Shown here: positions 59,982 through 64,000 of the stretch, one piece after another
Numbering within the stretch: position 1 is the stretch's first letter
Layout of the letters: every line of letters starts with the position of its first letter
Assembly (NCBI GenBank): GCA_965603825.1
Contig: CBFDEM010000051.1
Location: 806,807-870,806, forward strand
Source of the DNA: Blepharisma stoltei ATCC 30299
Lineage: Eukaryota > Protista > Ciliophora
Length of the DNA stretch: 64,000 nt
Reading direction: 5' to 3'
Translations under genes and position numbers: made by a program
Notes under the pieces: model-generated
What the model saw: the letters and a program-made list of their open reading frames with translations, nothing else
Told to the model about the DNA's origin: nothing
Databases searched by the model: none

Positions 59982-62900
59982 TGTTAGGGTGTTAGGGTGT
60001 TAGGGTGTTAGGGTGTTAGGGTGTTAGGGTGTTAGGGTGTTAGGGTGTTAGGGTGTTAGGGTGTTAGGGTGTTAGGGTGTTAGGGTGTTAGGGTGTTAGG
60101 GTGTTAGGGTGTTAGGGTGTTAGGGTGTTAGGGTGTTAGGGTGTTAGGGTGTTAGGGTGTTAGGGTGTTAGGGTGTTAGGGTGTTAGGGTGTTAGGGTGT
60201 TAGGGTGTTAGGGTGTTAGGGTGTTAGGGTGTTAGGGTGTTAGGGTGTTAGGGTGTTAGGGTGTTAGGGTGTTAGGGTGTTAGGGTGTTAGGGTGTTAGG
60301 GTGTTAGGGTGTTAGGGTGTTAGGGTGTTAGGGTGTTAGGGTGTTAGGGTGTTAGGGTGTTAGGGTGTTAGGGTGTTAGGGTGTTAGGGTGTTAGGGTGT
60401 TAGGGTGTTAGGGTGTTAGGGTGTTAGGGTGTTAGGGTGTTAGGGTGTTAGGGTGTTAGGGTGTTAGGGTGTTAGGGTGTTAGGGTGTTAGGGTGTTAGG
60501 GTGTTAGGGTGTTAGGGTGTTAGGGTGTTAGGGTGTTAGGGTGTTAGGGTGTTAGGGTGTTAGGGTGTTAGGGTGTTAGGGTGTTAGGGTGTTAGGGTGT
60601 TAGGGTGTTAGGGTGTTAGGGTGTTAGGGTGTTAGGGTGTTAGGGTGTTAGGGTGTTAGGGTGTTAGGGTGTTAGGGTGTTAGGGTGTTAGGGTGTTAGG
60701 GTGTTAGGGTGTTAGGGTGTTAGGGTGTTAGGGTGTTAGGGTGTTAGGGTGTTAGGGTGTTAGGGTGTTAGGGTGTTAGGGTGTTAGGGTGTTAGGGTGT
60801 TAGGGTGTTAGGGTGTTAGGGTGTTAGGGTGTTAGGGTGTTAGGGTGTTAGGGTGTTAGGGTGTTAGGGTGTTAGGGTGTTAGGGTGTTAGGGTGTTAGG
60901 GTGTTAGGGTGTTAGGGTGTTAGGGTGTTAGGGTGTTAGGGTGTTAGGGTGTTAGGGTGTTAGGGTGTTAGGGTGTTAGGGTGTTAGGGTGTTAGGGTGT
61001 TAGGGTGTTAGGGTGTTAGGGTGTTAGGGTGTTAGGGTGTTAGGGTGTTAGGGTGTTAGGGTGTTAGGGTGTTAGGGTGTTAGGGTGTTAGGGTGTTAGG
61101 GTGTTAGGGTGTTAGGGTGTTAGGGTGTTAGGGTGTTAGGGTGTTAGGGTGTTAGGGTGTTAGGGTGTTAGGGTGTTAGGGTGTTAGGGTGTTAGGGTGT
61201 TAGGGTGTTAGGGTGTTAGGGTGTTAGGGTGTTAGGGTGTTAGGGTGTTAGGGTGTTAGGGTGTTAGGGTGTTAGGGTGTTAGGGTGTTAGGGTGTTAGG
61301 GTGTTAGGGTGTTAGGGTGTTAGGGTGTTAGGGTGTTAGGGTGTTAGGGTGTTAGGGTGTTAGGGTGTTAGGGTGTTAGGGTGTTAGGGTGTTAGGGTGT
61401 TAGGGTGTTAGGGTGTTAGGGTGTTAGGGTGTTAGGGTGTTAGGGTGTTAGGGTGTTAGGGTGTTAGGGTGTTAGGGTGTTAGGGTGTTAGGGTGTTAGG
61501 GTGTTAGGGTGTTAGGGTGTTAGGGTGTTAGGGTGTTAGGGTGTTAGGGTGTTAGGGTGTTAGGGTGTTAGGGTGTTAGGGTGTTAGGGTGTTAGGGTGT
61601 TAGGGTGTTAGGGTGTTAGGGTGTTAGGGTGTTAGGGTGTTAGGGTGTTAGGGTGTTAGGGTGTTAGGGTGTTAGGGTGTTAGGGTGTTAGGGTGTTAGG
61701 GTGTTAGGGTGTTAGGGTGTTAGGGTGTTAGGGTGTTAGGGTGTTAGGGTGTTAGGGTGTTAGGGTGTTAGGGTGTTAGGGTGTTAGGGTGTTAGGGTGT
61801 TAGGGTGTTAGGGTGTTAGGGTGTTAGGGTGTTAGGGTGTTAGGGTGTTAGGGTGTTAGGGTGTTAGGGTGTTAGGGTGTTAGGGTGTTAGGGTGTTAGG
61901 GTGTTAGGGTGTTAGGGTGTTAGGGTGTTAGGGTGTTAGGGTGTTAGGGTGTTAGGGTGTTAGGGTGTTAGGGTGTTAGGGTGTTAGGGTGTTAGGGTGT
62001 TAGGGTGTTAGGGTGTTAGGGTGTTAGGGTGTTAGGGTGTTAGGGTGTTAGGGTGTTAGGGTGTTAGGGTGTTAGGGTGTTAGGGTGTTAGGGTGTTAGG
62101 GTGTTAGGGTGTTAGGGTGTTAGGGTGTTAGGGTGTTAGGGTGTTAGGGTGTTAGGGTGTTAGGGTGTTAGGGTGTTAGGGTGTTAGGGTGTTAGGGTGT
62201 TAGGGTGTTAGGGTGTTAGGGTGTTAGGGTGTTAGGGTGTTAGGGTGTTAGGGTGTTAGGGTGTTAGGGTGTTAGGGTGTTAGGGTGTTAGGGTGTTAGG
62301 GTGTTAGGGTGTTAGGGTGTTAGGGTGTTAGGGTGTTAGGGTGTTAGGGTGTTAGGGTGTTAGGGTGTTAGGGTGTTAGGGTGTTAGGGTGTTAGGGTGT
62401 TAGGGTGTTAGGGTGTTAGGGTGTTAGGGTGTTAGGGTGTTAGGGTGTTAGGGTGTTAGGGTGTTAGGGTGTTAGGGTGTTAGGGTGTTAGGGTGTTAGG
62501 GTGTTAGGGTGTTAGGGTGTTAGGGTGTTAGGGTGTTAGGGTGTTAGGGTGTTAGGGTGTTAGGGTGTTAGGGTGTTAGGGTGTTAGGGTGTTAGGGTGT
62601 TAGGGTGTTAGGGTGTTAGGGTGTTAGGGTGTTAGGGTGTTAGGGTGTTAGGGTGTTAGGGTGTTAGGGTGTTAGGGTGTTAGGGTGTTAGGGTGTTAGG
62701 GTGTTAGGGTGTTAGGGTGTTAGGGTGTTAGGGTGTTAGGGTGTTAGGGTGTTAGGGTGTTAGGGTGTTAGGGTGTTAGGGTGTTAGGGTGTTAGGGTGT
62801 TAGGGTGTTAGGGTGTTAGGGTGTTAGGGTGTTAGGGTGTTAGGGTGTTAGGGTGTTAGGGTGTTAGGGTGTTAGGGTGTTAGGGTGTTAGGGTGTTAGG

Positions 62901-64000
62901 GTGTTAGGGTGTTAGGGTGTTAGGGTGTTAGGGTGTTAGGGTGTTAGGGTGTTAGGGTGTTAGGGTGTTAGGGTGTTAGGGTGTTAGGGTGTTAGGGTGT
63001 TAGGGTGTTAGGGTGTTAGGGTGTTAGGGTGTTAGGGTGTTAGGGTGTTAGGGTGTTAGGGTGTTAGGGTGTTAGGGTGTTAGGGTGTTAGGGTGTTAGG
63101 GTGTTAGGGTGTTAGGGTGTTAGGGTGTTAGGGTGTTAGGGTGTTAGGGTGTTAGGGTGTTAGGGTGTTAGGGTGTTAGGGTGTTAGGGTGTTAGGGTGT
63201 TAGGGTGTTAGGGTGTTAGGGTGTTAGGGTGTTAGGGTGTTAGGGTGTTAGGGTGTTAGGGTGTTAGGGTGTTAGGGTGTTAGGGTGTTAGGGTGTTAGG
63301 GTGTTAGGGTGTTAGGGTGTTAGGGTGTTAGGGTGTTAGGGTGTTAGGGTGTTAGGGTGTTAGGGTGTTAGGGTGTTAGGGTGTTAGGGTGTTAGGGTGT
63401 TACGGGTGTTAGGGTGTTAGGGTGTTAGGGTGTTAGGGTGTTAGGGTGTTAGGGTGTTAGGGTGTTAGGGTGTTAGGGTGTTAGGGTGTTAGGGTGTTAG
63501 GGTGTTAGGGTGTTAGGGTGTTAGGGTGTTAGGGTGTTAGGGTGTTAGGGTGTTAGGGTGTTAGGGTGTTAGGGTGTTAGGGTGTTAGGGTGTTAGGGTG
63601 TTAGGGTGTTAGGGTGTTAGGGTGTTAGGTGTTAGGGTGTTAGGGTGTTAGGGTGTTAGGGTGTTAGGGTGTTAGGGTGTTAGGGTGTTAGGGTGTTAGG
63701 GTGTTAGGGTGTTAGGGTGTTAGGGTGTTAGGGTGTTAGGGTGTTAGGGTGTTAGGGTGTTAGGGTGTTAGGGTGTTAGGGTGTTAGGGTGTTAGGGTGT
63801 TAGGGTGTTAGGGTGTTAGGGTGTTAGGGTGTTAGGGTGTTAGGGTGTTAGGGTGTTAGGGTGTTAGGGTGTTAGGGTGTTAGGGTGTTAGGGTGTTAGG
63901 GTGTTAGGGTGTTAGGGTGTTAGGGTGTTAGGGTGTTAGGGTGTTAGGGTGTTAGGGTGTTAGGGTGTTAGGGTGTTAGGGTGTTAGGGTGTTAGGGTGT
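59982..64000 (+). repeat. Telomere (TGTTAGGG)n / (CCCTAACA)n, ~500 units
   Basis: 8-nt repeat, G-rich strand 5'->3' toward the end. Only two variant units (63403, ~63629). This repeat is known from the heterotrichs Stentor and Blepharisma. Confidence 0.98.

Noticed and set aside
63400-63632. Variant telomere units as functional signals
   Set aside because: Two isolated 1-nt indels fit sequencing error or rare telomerase slips.

Overview
AT-rich eukaryotic chromosome end, most likely from a heterotrich ciliate of the genus Blepharisma. Three features support this. (1) UGA is read as Trp: nearly every split ORF in the supplied track rejoins in frame across TGA at conserved Trp positions, and real stops are TAA/TAG. 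(2) Three 15-16 nt GT-AG spliceosomal introns are present. (3) A ~4 kb (TGTTAGGG)n = (CCCTAACA)n telomere runs from 59982 to the window end. After retranslation the window holds, in order: a WD40 gene; a tandem array of about 9 Cys/His zinc-finger coiled-coil genes plus fragments (some with a C-terminal all-Cys RING-like finger), with an ACBP-ankyrin gene embedded in it; a tandem array of 4 atypical kinases (one pseudogene); GTP cyclohydrolase I; a PAS-like multi-TM protein; a ~1980 aa beta-helix/Cys-rich membrane protein; two PTS2-bearing acyl-CoA dehydrogenase/oxidase paralogs; a WD40-TRP-like channel; two highly divergent beta-like tubulins; a GH13 alpha-amylase; and a NudE-like gene. The last ~5 kb before the telomere is degenerate mobile-element DNA, ending in an APE+RT non-LTR retrotransposon whose 5' end is replaced directly by telomeric repeats. 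All calls come from manual translation and motif recognition; no database searches were run.
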